From positions 1 through 22,155 of the forward strand of contig JBNGDF010000032.1 in NCBI GenBank assembly GCA_049975265.1: DNA of 22,155 bases, in the 5' to 3' direction. The stretch is from Fidelibacterota bacterium (lineage in GTDB: Bacteria > Fidelibacterota > UBA2242). This document shows, piece after piece, positions 8,760-17,971 of this stretch; within the stretch, counting starts at the first letter, position 1; every line of letters starts with the position of its first letter. The position numbers and the translations under genes are program-made. The notes beneath the pieces were generated by a model. It searched no databases, was not told the origin of the DNA, and saw nothing but the letters and a program-made list of their open reading frames with translations.

Positions 8760-9683
8760 ATGGTAACAAAAGCAGATTTACTCTGTGAAGAATTTTTAAA
8801 AAAGGCAAAACAACTGAATACAAATGTTGAACCTATTAAAGTTCTTAAGTCAAGAGTATATCAAATTGCAGAAGCTAATGTACTAATAAGAGCGGCATCA
8901 AAGTCAAATAAGAGTGGGAGATATTTTTTTGGTATTAATTATATTACAATTGAAGAAATTGCAAATCTCGATAATCCGTTTATTGCTTTTATATGTGGCT
9001 CAATTGAAAACACCCTAATTGTTCCTGCTCAATTATTCTTTAATAATCTCTCGAATATAAGTCATGATAGAAATGGTGAGTATAAAATCCTTATTGATGA
9101 AGATTTAAATCTCATATTAAAGGGGCGGAGTAACAAAATTGAATGCAATAAATTTATAAATGCCTGGCAAATGTTACTTGAGCCCTTTAAAAGCAAAGAA
9201 CCTAAAAATACAGCAGAAGAAAGTCTGCATTCTGTAGTACAGGGTAGGATTATAGAAATAGGAAATATTAGAGGCTATAGAACGTACTGTCCAGATTTTT
9301 CAAGGCATTTCAACAGACGGAAAATTTCAGAGATTATATCATTACAAAAGTGCCCTCAACTCCAGTTTTCAGATTATAATGTTCTAAGAAAAATTGATGT
9401 ATTATGGTTCAGAGAAAAGGGTAGAAATTACATTCCAGAATACGCATTTGAAGTAGAAATTTCAACTGGTACTTGGTCAGGAGTAGGAAGACTAGCTACA
9501 TTAATTGACTATAGTAATGTGAAACTATATGTAATTTCTAATGACAAGAGACGGTACTCTCAAGTAATGCATTCTTTTTCTGAATTTGAAAGTAGATATC
9601 ATCACATTTTAACAGAATATATTGGTGATTTATATTCAGCAGAACTTCATTTGAAAGAATTGAGATATAAAATTGGTTTATAA
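8760..9683 (+). CDS. Putative PD-(D/E)xK-fold restriction-endonuclease-like protein
   Basis: 307 aa, AT-rich. C-terminal half has HSVVQGRIIEIG...IDVLWF...AFEVEISTG..SGVGRL, a pattern seen in restriction-endonuclease-like domains. The N-terminal ~140 aa are unassigned. Confidence 0.6.
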   Translation: MVTKADLLCEEFLKKAKQLNTNVEPIKVLKSRVYQIAEANVLIRAASKSNKSGRYFFGINYITIEEIANLDNPFIAFICGSIENTLIVPAQLFFNNLSNISHDRNGEYKILIDEDLNLILKGRSNKIECNKFINAWQMLLEPFKSKEPKNTAEESLHSVVQGRIIEIGNIRGYRTYCPDFSRHFNRRKISEIISLQKCPQLQFSDYNVLRKIDVLWFREKGRNYIPEYAFEVEISTGTWSGVGRLATLIDYSNVKLYVISNDKRRYSQVMHSFSEFESRYHHILTEYIGDLYSAELHLKELRYKIGL

Positions 9684-9699
9684 CTCAAGAATCACACAA

Positions 9700-9822
9700 G
9701 AATTATGGAACTTTCTCGGAAATGATGGTACCTATTCGGAACTGTTGGACTGCTTTGAAAGAGCCGGCATTGAGCTCAGACCGGAAATAGATGCCTACTT
9801 TAAAAAGTTTAAAAACAATTAG
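9700..9822 (+). pseudogene. C-terminal remnant of a type II restriction endonuclease (resembles the TdeIII family)
   Basis: Hand translation gives ELWNFLGNDGTYSELLDCFERAGIELRPEIDAYFKKFKNN*. There is no SD/ATG and the frame is closed upstream by TGA at 9661-9663. Family assignment is recalled similarity (EFWDFLGG..Y..LL..FE.VGIELRPEID.YF), not a search result. Confidence 0.6.
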
Positions 9823-9837
9823 TAGAAAGGTTGTTAT

Positions 9838-11178
9838 TTGAATAAAAATCTAATATTCTGGTCAATCGTACTACTGGTCAGTTTTACATACACCAGCGCC
9901 CAGCAAGCCGGTGAACATGCTCTCGGCAGCCGAAAATACGATGATTACGAAAAACCGGAGGTCTGCAAGAGCTGCCATACCAATATTTATCAGCAGTGGC
10001 GGCAGGCGATGATGTCACAAGCCTTCACCCACCACTGGGACGAGATCGAGTACTTTGAGCTGGCGATACCGCACAGCGAAAAAGACCCTTTCTTCAAAGC
10101 CACTGCCGACGGCTGCAACGGTTGCCATGCCCCGCTGGCGTATTTAGCCGGCGATGTCCCACCACCGCGACCGGAGCAAAAATCCCGCGCCAACGAAAGC
10201 GTCAGCTGCGATCTCTGCCATACAATCACCGGGATTGACGGCGACCCGGTTAATTTCAACTGGATTTCCGAACCGGGGCGTGTCAAATACGGCGCCAAAG
10301 AGGGACTCGTGTCGCCGCATCACATTACAAAATTTAATGAAACCTACACCCGGGCGGAATACTGCGGAACCTGTCATAATGAACGGAATCCTTTCGGAAT
10401 CGACGTGAAATCGACGCAGACTGAATGGGCGGAGGGGCCCTATAGTGCTGAGGGCGTGCCCTGTTTCGTCTGCCACATGCCCAAAGCCAAAGGGCGCAGC
10501 GCATCCATGGCAGAAGAGGGTATGGTGGCTCAGCATATTTTCCTCGGCGCCCACAACGAAGCCAAGCTCAAAAGCGCCATCGAGATTTCCATTCATCCCG
10601 ACGAACGTGAGATTCCCTACGATGGCGTGGTGACTTTGCAGGTGGAGCTGTTCAATGCCAAAGCCGGGCACAAAATCCCCACCGGCTCCGTGGAAGACCG
10701 GATTCTCTGGCTGGATGTCCGGGCGGTGGACGCCGAAGGCAAAGAGTACCATCTGCCCGTTGACAAAAAGGGCTTTGAGGGCGAGGAATACACCATCGCC
10801 GCCGACGAACTCGCCTACGCCGATATGGGCATCCCCCTGGGCTTGAAAAATTTCAGGGGCGTTCAGCGGGATGGTGTTCCGGTGGGCAACCGCATTTTCC
10901 GGATGCCTTACTTCGACGAGAACGGCATTATGACTATTCAGCAGTGGAATACCCGCAGCCTTGGCGTGGATTACCGGATCGGTCCACGGGAAACCAAGCT
11001 GGAAACCTTTACATGGGAAATGCCCGATGACATTGCCTTCGGTGAAGTCACCGTGACCGCCCGCCTGAACTATCAAAAACTGGTCAAGCCGGTGGCGGAT
11101 TTCCTGAAAGTGCCGGCGGAGGAGAGTGAAATCATTCTCATGAATAAAGCCTCCACCAACATCGAGGTTTATGATTAA
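9838..11178 (+). CDS. Periplasmic pentaheme c-type cytochrome with C-terminal non-heme domain
   Basis: Five CxxCH motifs (CKSCH, CNGCH, CDLCH, CGTCH, CFVCH) and a Sec signal peptide ending TSA-Q. The C-terminal ~200 aa contain NAKAGHKIPTGS. TTG start after AAAGG. Confidence 0.9.
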   Translation: MNKNLIFWSIVLLVSFTYTSAQQAGEHALGSRKYDDYEKPEVCKSCHTNIYQQWRQAMMSQAFTHHWDEIEYFELAIPHSEKDPFFKATADGCNGCHAPLAYLAGDVPPPRPEQKSRANESVSCDLCHTITGIDGDPVNFNWISEPGRVKYGAKEGLVSPHHITKFNETYTRAEYCGTCHNERNPFGIDVKSTQTEWAEGPYSAEGVPCFVCHMPKAKGRSASMAEEGMVAQHIFLGAHNEAKLKSAIEISIHPDEREIPYDGVVTLQVELFNAKAGHKIPTGSVEDRILWLDVRAVDAEGKEYHLPVDKKGFEGEEYTIAADELAYADMGIPLGLKNFRGVQRDGVPVGNRIFRMPYFDENGIMTIQQWNTRSLGVDYRIGPRETKLETFTWEMPDDIAFGEVTVTARLNYQKLVKPVADFLKVPAEESEIILMNKASTNIEVYD

Positions 11179-11188
11179 GGAGCATTGT

Positions 11189-12373
11189 ATGAATTTCCGC
11201 AAAATCTTATTTCTCAATATTTGCCTGGCGGTCCTATTAATCGGTCAATCCGCTCTGGCAATACCGGCGTTTGCCCGGCGCTACAAATTTTCCTGCAGCA
11301 CCTGCCATGATCCCTTTCCCCGGCTGAAAGATTACGGCGATGAATTCGCCGGCAACGGCTTTATCGAGCCCAACGAGGAGAAAGAGCGGGATTATATCTC
11401 CGCCGGCGACGACAAACTCTGGCTGAACCGCGATTTTCCCATCGGCGTTCGCTTCGACGCCTTCGCCCTGCTGGAAACCAAAGGCGCTATTGAAAAGGAC
11501 CTGCAGACGCCCTACGGTCTGAAGCTGCTGTCCGGCGGTACACTGTACAAAAAGATCGGCTATTACTTCTACTTCTATATTTACGAACGCGGTGAGGTCG
11601 CCGGGCTGGAGGATGCCTATATTCACTTCGATAATGTCTTCAACAGCAACCTCGATATCATGGTCGGGCAGTTCCAGACCTGTGATCCGCTGATGAAGCG
11701 GGAACTGCGGCTGAGCTACGAGGATTATCATATCTACAAAACTCAGATCGGCGAATCCGGGACGAATCTCGCCTATGACCGGGGCGTGATTCTGGCTTAC
11801 GGCATCGCAAAAACCGGCACCGATATCATCGCCATGATCACCAACGGCAACGGCATTCCCGAAGCCGGAAGCAATCTCCGCTTTGACAGCGATCCCTATA
11901 AAAATATCGGTCTGCGCGTCGCTCAGGGCGTCGGTGAGAATATCGGCATCGGCGGATTTTATTACCGCGGCGAAGAGGCAAAATTGAACGGTGCAACGGT
12001 CATCATTGATACCAGCAACGTGATCCAATATTTCGGACCGGATATGGTCCTGAATCTTGGAAAATTTGCTTTTACCGGCCAGTACCTGATCCGGATGGAC
12101 TCGAATCCGACCTTTAGCGCCAATCCCGACGAAACCAAAACCGCCGGTATCTGCGCCGAGCTGGTTTTTGCACCCAGGCTGGATCAGTCAAATTTTTACT
12201 GGACCCTGCTCTATAATAATGTCGAATCCGATATCGCGGCGCATAATTATCATACTGTCACGTTGAGCGGAACCTATCTTATGGCGCGCAATCTGCGTCT
12301 GATCGCCGAATATATTCACGACCTGGAAGCGGAGAATAATCTATTTATTCTGGGGCTGGTGTCGGGATTTTAA
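11189..12373 (+). CDS. Cyc2-like monoheme cytochrome c fused to an outer-membrane beta-barrel
   Basis: Signal peptide ending ALA, then IPAFARRYKFSCSTCHDPFPRLKDYGDEFAGNGF, matching the Cyc2-type pattern PxFARxxxxxCxxCHxxxPxLxxxGxxFxxxG[FY]. The remainder shows amphipathic aromatic beta-strands and a terminal Phe. SD AAGGAG at 11177-11182 supports ATG 11189. Confidence 0.8.
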   Translation: MNFRKILFLNICLAVLLIGQSALAIPAFARRYKFSCSTCHDPFPRLKDYGDEFAGNGFIEPNEEKERDYISAGDDKLWLNRDFPIGVRFDAFALLETKGAIEKDLQTPYGLKLLSGGTLYKKIGYYFYFYIYERGEVAGLEDAYIHFDNVFNSNLDIMVGQFQTCDPLMKRELRLSYEDYHIYKTQIGESGTNLAYDRGVILAYGIAKTGTDIIAMITNGNGIPEAGSNLRFDSDPYKNIGLRVAQGVGENIGIGGFYYRGEEAKLNGATVIIDTSNVIQYFGPDMVLNLGKFAFTGQYLIRMDSNPTFSANPDETKTAGICAELVFAPRLDQSNFYWTLLYNNVESDIAAHNYHTVTLSGTYLMARNLRLIAEYIHDLEAENNLFILGLVSGF

Positions 12374-12471
12374 GATAATAATGGTTTCCTGGAAGTGTAA
12401 AACATTGCATTGGGAATCTGCTCACCAGCACTATTCATTTTCAGGTCGGTGTTCCTGACCAAATAGGAAAA

Positions 12472-13650
12472 TCACCCGCCCCAGGTCACGTAGGTCTCCA
12501 AAGCCTGGTCCAGCACCTTCACCAGCCGGCTGATCTTGTACTTCGTCACATTGATCGCCGGCATGAGGCGCAAAACCGTCTTGTGCGTGCAGTTCAGCAA
12601 AACCCTTTTCTTCAGGCATAAGCGGACAATTTCCGCCCCGGGAACTTTCAGCTCCATTCCCAGCATCAGACCAATCCCGCGGATTTCTTTGATTACGGCG
12701 TATTTGGTTTTTAAGCCCTCCAGCTTTTCCCTGAGATATTCACCCATCTCCGTCGCATTCTCCAGTAGATTTTCATCGGAAATCGCCTTTAATACGGCGA
12801 TTCCGGCAGAACATGCCAGGGGATTTCCGCCAAAAGTGGAACCGTGATTGCCCGGTTGTAATACATGACAATGCTCACGCTTCACCACAAAAGCACCAAT
12901 CGGTACGCCGCCACCCAGCGATTTCGCCATGGTCAGCAGATCGGGCACCACCTCATAGTGCTGATAGGCAAAGAGTTTTCCCGTACGCCCGATCCCCGAC
13001 TGTACCTCATCCAAAACCATAAGTGCATCGTACTGATTACATAATTCCCGGGCAGCCTGCATAAATTCCGCCGTAATCGGTACGATTCCACCTTCACCCA
13101 GAACCGGCTCAAACATCACCGCCGCCACCGAATCGTTCATCATCTTTTCCAGCATAGCGATATTGTTGGCTTCGCAGTATTCAAAACCGCCGGGCAGCGG
13201 ATCGAAGCCATCGTGATAGACCGGCTGACCGGTGGCGGTGACCGCCGCAATCGTCCGTCCGTGAAAGGAATCTTTCAGGGTAATGATCGTTTTCTTATCG
13301 GGATTGCGTTTGCGAATCAGCTTAATGGCGCCTTCGTTGGCTTCGGCGCCGCTGTTGCAGAAAAACACCTGTCCATCAAAGGTACTCTCAATGATCCGTT
13401 TTGCCAAATCGCCCTGAGCATTGTTATAATAAACATTCGGTACATGGATAATCTCATCGATTTGCCGATGAAGAGCCGTGACAATCTTGGGATGGCAGTG
13501 TCCGAGATTACCGGCTCCGTATCCGGGGAAAAAATCGAGGTATTCCCGACCCTTATCGTCCCACACCGACATGCCCTGACCCCGGACAATGGTGATCGGA
13601 AGCCGGCTATAGGTATTCAGCACATATTTATCGAATAATTTCTGATCCAT
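12472..13650 (-). CDS. argD: Acetylornithine aminotransferase
   Basis: FFCNSGAEANE, SFHGRT, DEVQSGIGRTG, PLP lysine in MAKSLGGG, HGSTFGGNPLA, and operon context. Confidence 0.95.
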   Translation of the reverse strand: MDQKLFDKYVLNTYSRLPITIVRGQGMSVWDDKGREYLDFFPGYGAGNLGHCHPKIVTALHRQIDEIIHVPNVYYNNAQGDLAKRIIESTFDGQVFFCNSGAEANEGAIKLIRKRNPDKKTIITLKDSFHGRTIAAVTATGQPVYHDGFDPLPGGFEYCEANNIAMLEKMMNDSVAAVMFEPVLGEGGIVPITAEFMQAARELCNQYDALMVLDEVQSGIGRTGKLFAYQHYEVVPDLLTMAKSLGGGVPIGAFVVKREHCHVLQPGNHGSTFGGNPLACSAGIAVLKAISDENLLENATEMGEYLREKLEGLKTKYAVIKEIRGIGLMLGMELKVPGAEIVRLCLKKRVLLNCTHKTVLRLMPAINVTKYKISRLVKVLDQALETYVTWGG

Positions 13651-14521
13651 TTCTCAATATCTCCGTTCCTATTCCCTCACGGGTAAAAATTTCCAGCAAC
13701 AACGAGTGGTCAATGCGACCGTCCACAATATGCCCTTTATTGACGCCGAACTTCAGGGCGTTCAGGCAGGAGGTCACTTTCGGAATCATCCCTCCCTGAA
13801 TAATGCCTTCGCTAATCAGCCGTTCGGCTTCAACGCGGGTCAGCGTACTGATAACACTCTTCTTGTCAGCGGGGTTCCGCAAAATGCCCGGCATATCCGT
13901 CAGATATACCAATTTACGGGCGCCGATAGATGAGGCAATATCGCCGGCGACCACATCGCCATTGACATTAAAGGTCTGCCCCTCATCCCCCACCCCGATG
14001 GGTGCGATGACCGGAATTTTACCCTGCTCCAGCAGTCGGTTAAGCACCGGCGCATTGATGTAGCGCACACTGCCCACGTAGCCGATATCCACCGTCTTGC
14101 CATCCACTTCGGGCATCATTTTATCCACCCGGATCAGACCCCTGTCCAAGCCGTATAATCCCACGGCATCGCCATCCATCTTGTTCAGTAAATTGACAAT
14201 CTGGGAATTGATCTTATGGGCAAGAATATCCTCCACCAGATCCATGGTTTCGCGATCAGTTACCCGCAAACCATTGACAAACTCCGCCCGGCTGCCGCGT
14301 TGCTGCATGGCTTCCGTAATAGCCGGTCCCCCGCCATGGACAACGACCGGATGCCAGCCGACAAATTTCATAAAGACAATATCCATCAGCACTTCATTCA
14401 TCAAATTATCGTCGGTCATAATGCTGCCGCCGAATTTGATGACGATCTTCTTACCATGAAAAGCCTTGATATAGGGCAGGGCTTCGATCAGGACATCCGC
14501 TTTATTGATAATTTCTCGCAT
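13628..14521 (-). CDS. argB: Acetylglutamate kinase
   Basis: LIEALPYI, VIKFGGS, VVHGGGP, GLRVTD, FNVNGD, GGMIPKV. ATG 14521 follows SD GGGAG and is preferred over 14566. Confidence 0.96.
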   Translation of the reverse strand: MREIINKADVLIEALPYIKAFHGKKIVIKFGGSIMTDDNLMNEVLMDIVFMKFVGWHPVVVHGGGPAITEAMQQRGSRAEFVNGLRVTDRETMDLVEDILAHKINSQIVNLLNKMDGDAVGLYGLDRGLIRVDKMMPEVDGKTVDIGYVGSVRYINAPVLNRLLEQGKIPVIAPIGVGDEGQTFNVNGDVVAGDIASSIGARKLVYLTDMPGILRNPADKKSVISTLTRVEAERLISEGIIQGGMIPKVTSCLNALKFGVNKGHIVDGRIDHSLLLEIFTREGIGTEILRNGSEIIR

Positions 14522-14534
14522 AATTTCCGCTCCC

Positions 14535-15743
14535 TTAGGTATGATATTCCGCATTGATTCTGACATAATCGTAGGAGAGGTCCGTCGTATAAACCGTCGC
14601 CGATTCTAAACCTGTATTGACGGTGAGGACTATCTCCAGTTCCGGTGGCGCCATCAGCTGCTTCAGCACAGGCTTATCCAGCCGAACCGGATTGCCCGCC
14701 TTGTAAATATAGCTGCCGTTGATTTTCAGATCGGTCCGGTCCGGGTCGAAATCCACGCCCACCATGCCGGCGGCTGAGAGAATCCGTCCCCAGTTGGGGT
14801 CCTGACCAAACAGTGCCGTTTTTACCAGCGCCGAATTGGCGATGCCAAACGCCATTTTCCTGGCATTGGCAAAACTATCCACCTGTTCCAGTCGAATCGC
14901 CACGAACTTCGTCGCCCCTTCTCCGTCCCGGACAATCGCTTTTGCCATTTCCTCCGTTAACCACATCAGCGCCTCCCGAAACAGAGCGGCTTCGGGAGTA
15001 TCGTCCTGAATCGGCGGATTGTGCGCCTGCCCGTTTGCCATGATCAGCGCCGTGTCGTTGGTGCTGGTATGACCGTCCACGGAAATCATGTTGAACTGTT
15101 TTTCCACACATTCGGTGAAAATCCGGTTCAGCAATGCATGATCAATGTCCGCATCAGTGGTCACGAAAGCCAGCATGGTCGCCATATTGGGCTGAATCAT
15201 GCCGGACCCTTTCGCAATCCCGCTGATGGTCACCTCAATACCCTGAATGTCAATTTTCACGCCAAAACTTTTCTCTACCGTATCAGTGGTCAGAATCGCT
15301 TCGGCACAACCAAAACCGCCGTCCTCTGACAGCTGGAAAGATAGCGCTTCGATACCGTTTCGCATTTTTTCCATATCAAGTAGCTCACCGATGACCCCGG
15401 TACTGGAAGCGAGAATGAGCTCTTGCTGAACGCCGGTTTTTTCAGCCAGCATCCGGATCGTGGTGCGGGTATCCGCCAGCCCCTGTTGACCAGTCCCGGC
15501 GTTGGCGTTACCGGAATTAATGATCAGCGCCTGAAGCAGATTGCCTGTCTTTTTCAGCGACTCCATGGCGACCAGCAGCGGTGCGGCTTTGACCACATTT
15601 TGGGTAAATTTGACTACACTCTTCGCCGGCACAGCACTCTGTATGATACACAGGTCTTTGCGTTTACGTTTGAAACCCGCCCGCATTGCTGCGGCGGTGA
15701 ATCCCTGCGGATCCGTTATTTTGGGATTTTGGATAAATTTCAT
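14535..15743 (-). CDS. argJ: Glutamate N-acetyltransferase / ornithine acetyltransferase
   Basis: NSGNANAGTG, STGVIG, ILTTDT, AKGSGMIQPNMATML (autoproteolysis site), STNDT, DGEGATK, DPNWGR, INAEYHT. Confidence 0.97.
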   Translation of the reverse strand: MKFIQNPKITDPQGFTAAAMRAGFKRKRKDLCIIQSAVPAKSVVKFTQNVVKAAPLLVAMESLKKTGNLLQALIINSGNANAGTGQQGLADTRTTIRMLAEKTGVQQELILASSTGVIGELLDMEKMRNGIEALSFQLSEDGGFGCAEAILTTDTVEKSFGVKIDIQGIEVTISGIAKGSGMIQPNMATMLAFVTTDADIDHALLNRIFTECVEKQFNMISVDGHTSTNDTALIMANGQAHNPPIQDDTPEAALFREALMWLTEEMAKAIVRDGEGATKFVAIRLEQVDSFANARKMAFGIANSALVKTALFGQDPNWGRILSAAGMVGVDFDPDRTDLKINGSYIYKAGNPVRLDKPVLKQLMAPPELEIVLTVNTGLESATVYTTDLSYDYVRINAEYHT

Positions 15744-15753
15744 CGTTGCTCCG

Positions 15754-16776
15754 TCAGTTTAGTCCAAGGGTTTCATCCAATCCCATCATTACATTCATGT
15801 TTTGAACCGCCTGTCCCGAGGCGCCTTTGATCAGATTGTCAATGGCGCTCAGGAGGATCAGCCGTTTCCCGGAAATCACCATGCCGATATCGCAGAAATT
15901 CGTCCCGGCGACATGCTTGATTTCAGGAATCGCACCGCTCTCCAAAACCCGCACAAAGGGTTCATCCAGATACTGTTTTCGATAAAGGTCCTCCAGCTCA
16001 GCCACCCTTGCGGACCGGACAAGTTCCGTATAGATCGTATTGTAAATACCCCGCGTCATCGGCACCAGATGGGGTACGAAGGTAATATCCACGGTTTGAC
16101 CGGCTATTTTACCGAGCTCCTGTTCGATCTCCGGTTCGTGTTGATGGGATGCGACTTTATAAGCCGCCACATTTTCGTTACATTCCGGGAAGTGGAACGC
16201 CGGTCTGGGCGTCTTGCCTCCGCCGGAAATGCCGGTTTTGCTGTCCACCAGGATTGCGTCGGTTCCGATCAATCCCGCCTGCAGCGCCGGCATCAGCGCC
16301 AATGCAATCCCCGTCGGGAAGCAGCCCGGATTTGCGACGGTATTCGTCTGACGAATCTTCTCCCGATTGAATTCGGGTAATCCGTACACAAAGGCGGGCA
16401 GATTTCCTTTATCCAAATGATTCACGCCATAGGCATTTACATATTGCTTTTCATTATCCAGCCGATAATCGGCGCTGAGATCAATGATCTTCTTCCCGTA
16501 TCGCAGGAACTCCGGTACAATCTCCATACTCGTGCGGTGCGGCAGACCGAAAAAAATGACGTCACTTGCTTCCGCAATTTGCGTAACGTTAATCGCAACG
16601 CATTTTTGATCGCAGCGCCCTTTCAGCGCCGGAAAGAGCTCCGAATAGGGTCTTCCCACATCCGAACGCACCGCCAGATGGGCGATCTTCACCAGCGGAT
16701 GGCGCAGTAAAATTTTCACCAGCTCGAATCCGGTATATCCGGATGCACCGACAACCGATACCCTGATATCACTCAT
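15754..16776 (-). CDS. argC: N-acetyl-gamma-glutamyl-phosphate reductase
   Basis: VGASGYTG, IDLSADYRL, ANPGCFPT, HQHEPEI, IDNLIKGASGQAVQNMN. True start is MSDIRV at 16776, overlapping the argH stop. Confidence 0.96.
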   Translation of the reverse strand: MSDIRVSVVGASGYTGFELVKILLRHPLVKIAHLAVRSDVGRPYSELFPALKGRCDQKCVAINVTQIAEASDVIFFGLPHRTSMEIVPEFLRYGKKIIDLSADYRLDNEKQYVNAYGVNHLDKGNLPAFVYGLPEFNREKIRQTNTVANPGCFPTGIALALMPALQAGLIGTDAILVDSKTGISGGGKTPRPAFHFPECNENVAAYKVASHQHEPEIEQELGKIAGQTVDITFVPHLVPMTRGIYNTIYTELVRSARVAELEDLYRKQYLDEPFVRVLESGAIPEIKHVAGTNFCDIGMVISGKRLILLSAIDNLIKGASGQAVQNMNVMMGLDETLGLN

Positions 16777-17971
16777 AGTACAGCACTTTCGATTTTTCAT
16801 ACTGCTTGCCGATCTGACGGTAGGCTTCGCGGAAGGGCACACCCTGCTGCACCAGCTTATAAGCCTTTTCAGCAGCATACAGCTCCTCCGTCATGGCAAC
16901 TTCGCAATTTTCCTCGATGACTTTCAGATTCCGAAAAATCAGACTGGTCACATGGATCGAATCCAGCACCGTGGCAAATCCCCGAATGACCGCCTCCTTG
17001 GTCAGCTGAATATCCCGGTGGTAGCCGGAGATCAGATTCACCGTGGTGTTTTTCATCTGTATTTCATAGACAAAAATCTCGTGGTATTTACCCCGCAGCA
17101 GTTCCAGTACATCGGGATTTTTCTTCTGCGGCATAATGGACGACCCGGTCAGAAATTCATCGGGCAGAATAAAGTAGGCGATTGAGGGCAGCGTAAAGAG
17201 CACCAGATCGCTGGCGAGTTTATTAATATCCAGCATCACCTGACTAAGTACCGACAGAACAAACGCCTCAAATTTTCCACGACTATTCTGGGCATAGATA
17301 GGATTTTCCTGAGTTTTCGCAAAACCCAACTCGGCGGTAGTCATCTCCCGGTCCAGGGGCAACGGAATCCCATAGCCGGCGCCGGTTCCCAGCGGATTCT
17401 GATCCACCAGTCTGATAGCCGCCTGCAGCAGGTCGAGATCATCGGTAAACGCCGCTTTAAAGGCGTTCGCCCAGAGCCCCACACTGGAGGGCATGGCTTT
17501 GCGGGTATGGGTATACCCCGGCATGGGAATTGTGCCAAACGTCCTGATAAAATCCTCAATATGACCGGTAGTCTCCCGCAGCATTTCCAGACATCTTCGC
17601 AATTTCACCTTACTGTAAAGACGCAAAGCGGTCAGCACCTGATCGTTACGGCTGCGACCGGTGTGAATCTTTTTCCCCGCTTCACCAATTTTCTCGATCA
17701 GGAAATTCTCAATCGCCGTGTGACAGTCCTCGTCTTCAAGAGCGATGGTAAATTTGCCCTGTCTGTCCAGCTCAATTATCCGGTCGAGTCCCTGTAAAAG
17801 ATCAGCCGTTTCTGCTTCACTTAGAATCCCGATCTTCCCCAGCATCGCCGCATGGGCTTTGGAAGCAATGCAATCATAATACACCAGCTCCTTATCAAGG
17901 ATATAATCCTGCCCGACAGTAAATTTTTCAATCTCCTTATCAAGATGCTTTGTCTTTTGCCACAGCTTCAT
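16769..17971 (-). CDS. argH: Argininosuccinate lyase (short, about 400 aa)
   Basis: MKLW start, [45 protein letters not shown]. Confidence 0.95.
   Translation of the reverse strand: MKLWQKTKHLDKEIEKFTVGQDYILDKELVYYDCIASKAHAAMLGKIGILSEAETADLLQGLDRIIELDRQGKFTIALEDEDCHTAIENFLIEKIGEAGKKIHTGRSRNDQVLTALRLYSKVKLRRCLEMLRETTGHIEDFIRTFGTIPMPGYTHTRKAMPSSVGLWANAFKAAFTDDLDLLQAAIRLVDQNPLGTGAGYGIPLPLDREMTTAELGFAKTQENPIYAQNSRGKFEAFVLSVLSQVMLDINKLASDLVLFTLPSIAYFILPDEFLTGSSIMPQKKNPDVLELLRGKYHEIFVYEIQMKNTTVNLISGYHRDIQLTKEAVIRGFATVLDSIHVTSLIFRNLKVIEENCEVAMTEELYAAEKAYKLVQQGVPFREAYRQIGKQYEKSKVLYYE

Larger units (their letters stand above)
7884..9825 (+). other. AT-rich horizontally acquired defence islet (decayed R-M locus)
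   Basis: Abrupt visible drop in GC right after the ccsA stop, returning to host-like composition at the cytochrome gene. Content is R-M related. No integrase, transposase or flanking direct repeat seen. Confidence 0.7.

Noticed and set aside
7884..9825. Islet as a transposon or integrative element
   Set aside because: No transposase, integrase, terminal inverted repeats, target duplication or adjacent tRNA visible.
10144..12028. Long minus-strand ORFs (357 aa and 263 aa) opposite the cytochrome genes
   Set aside because: Antisense shadows of well-supported genes with no recognisable motifs. The same applies to the many short overlapping ORFs across the deacylase, deaminase and arg genes.
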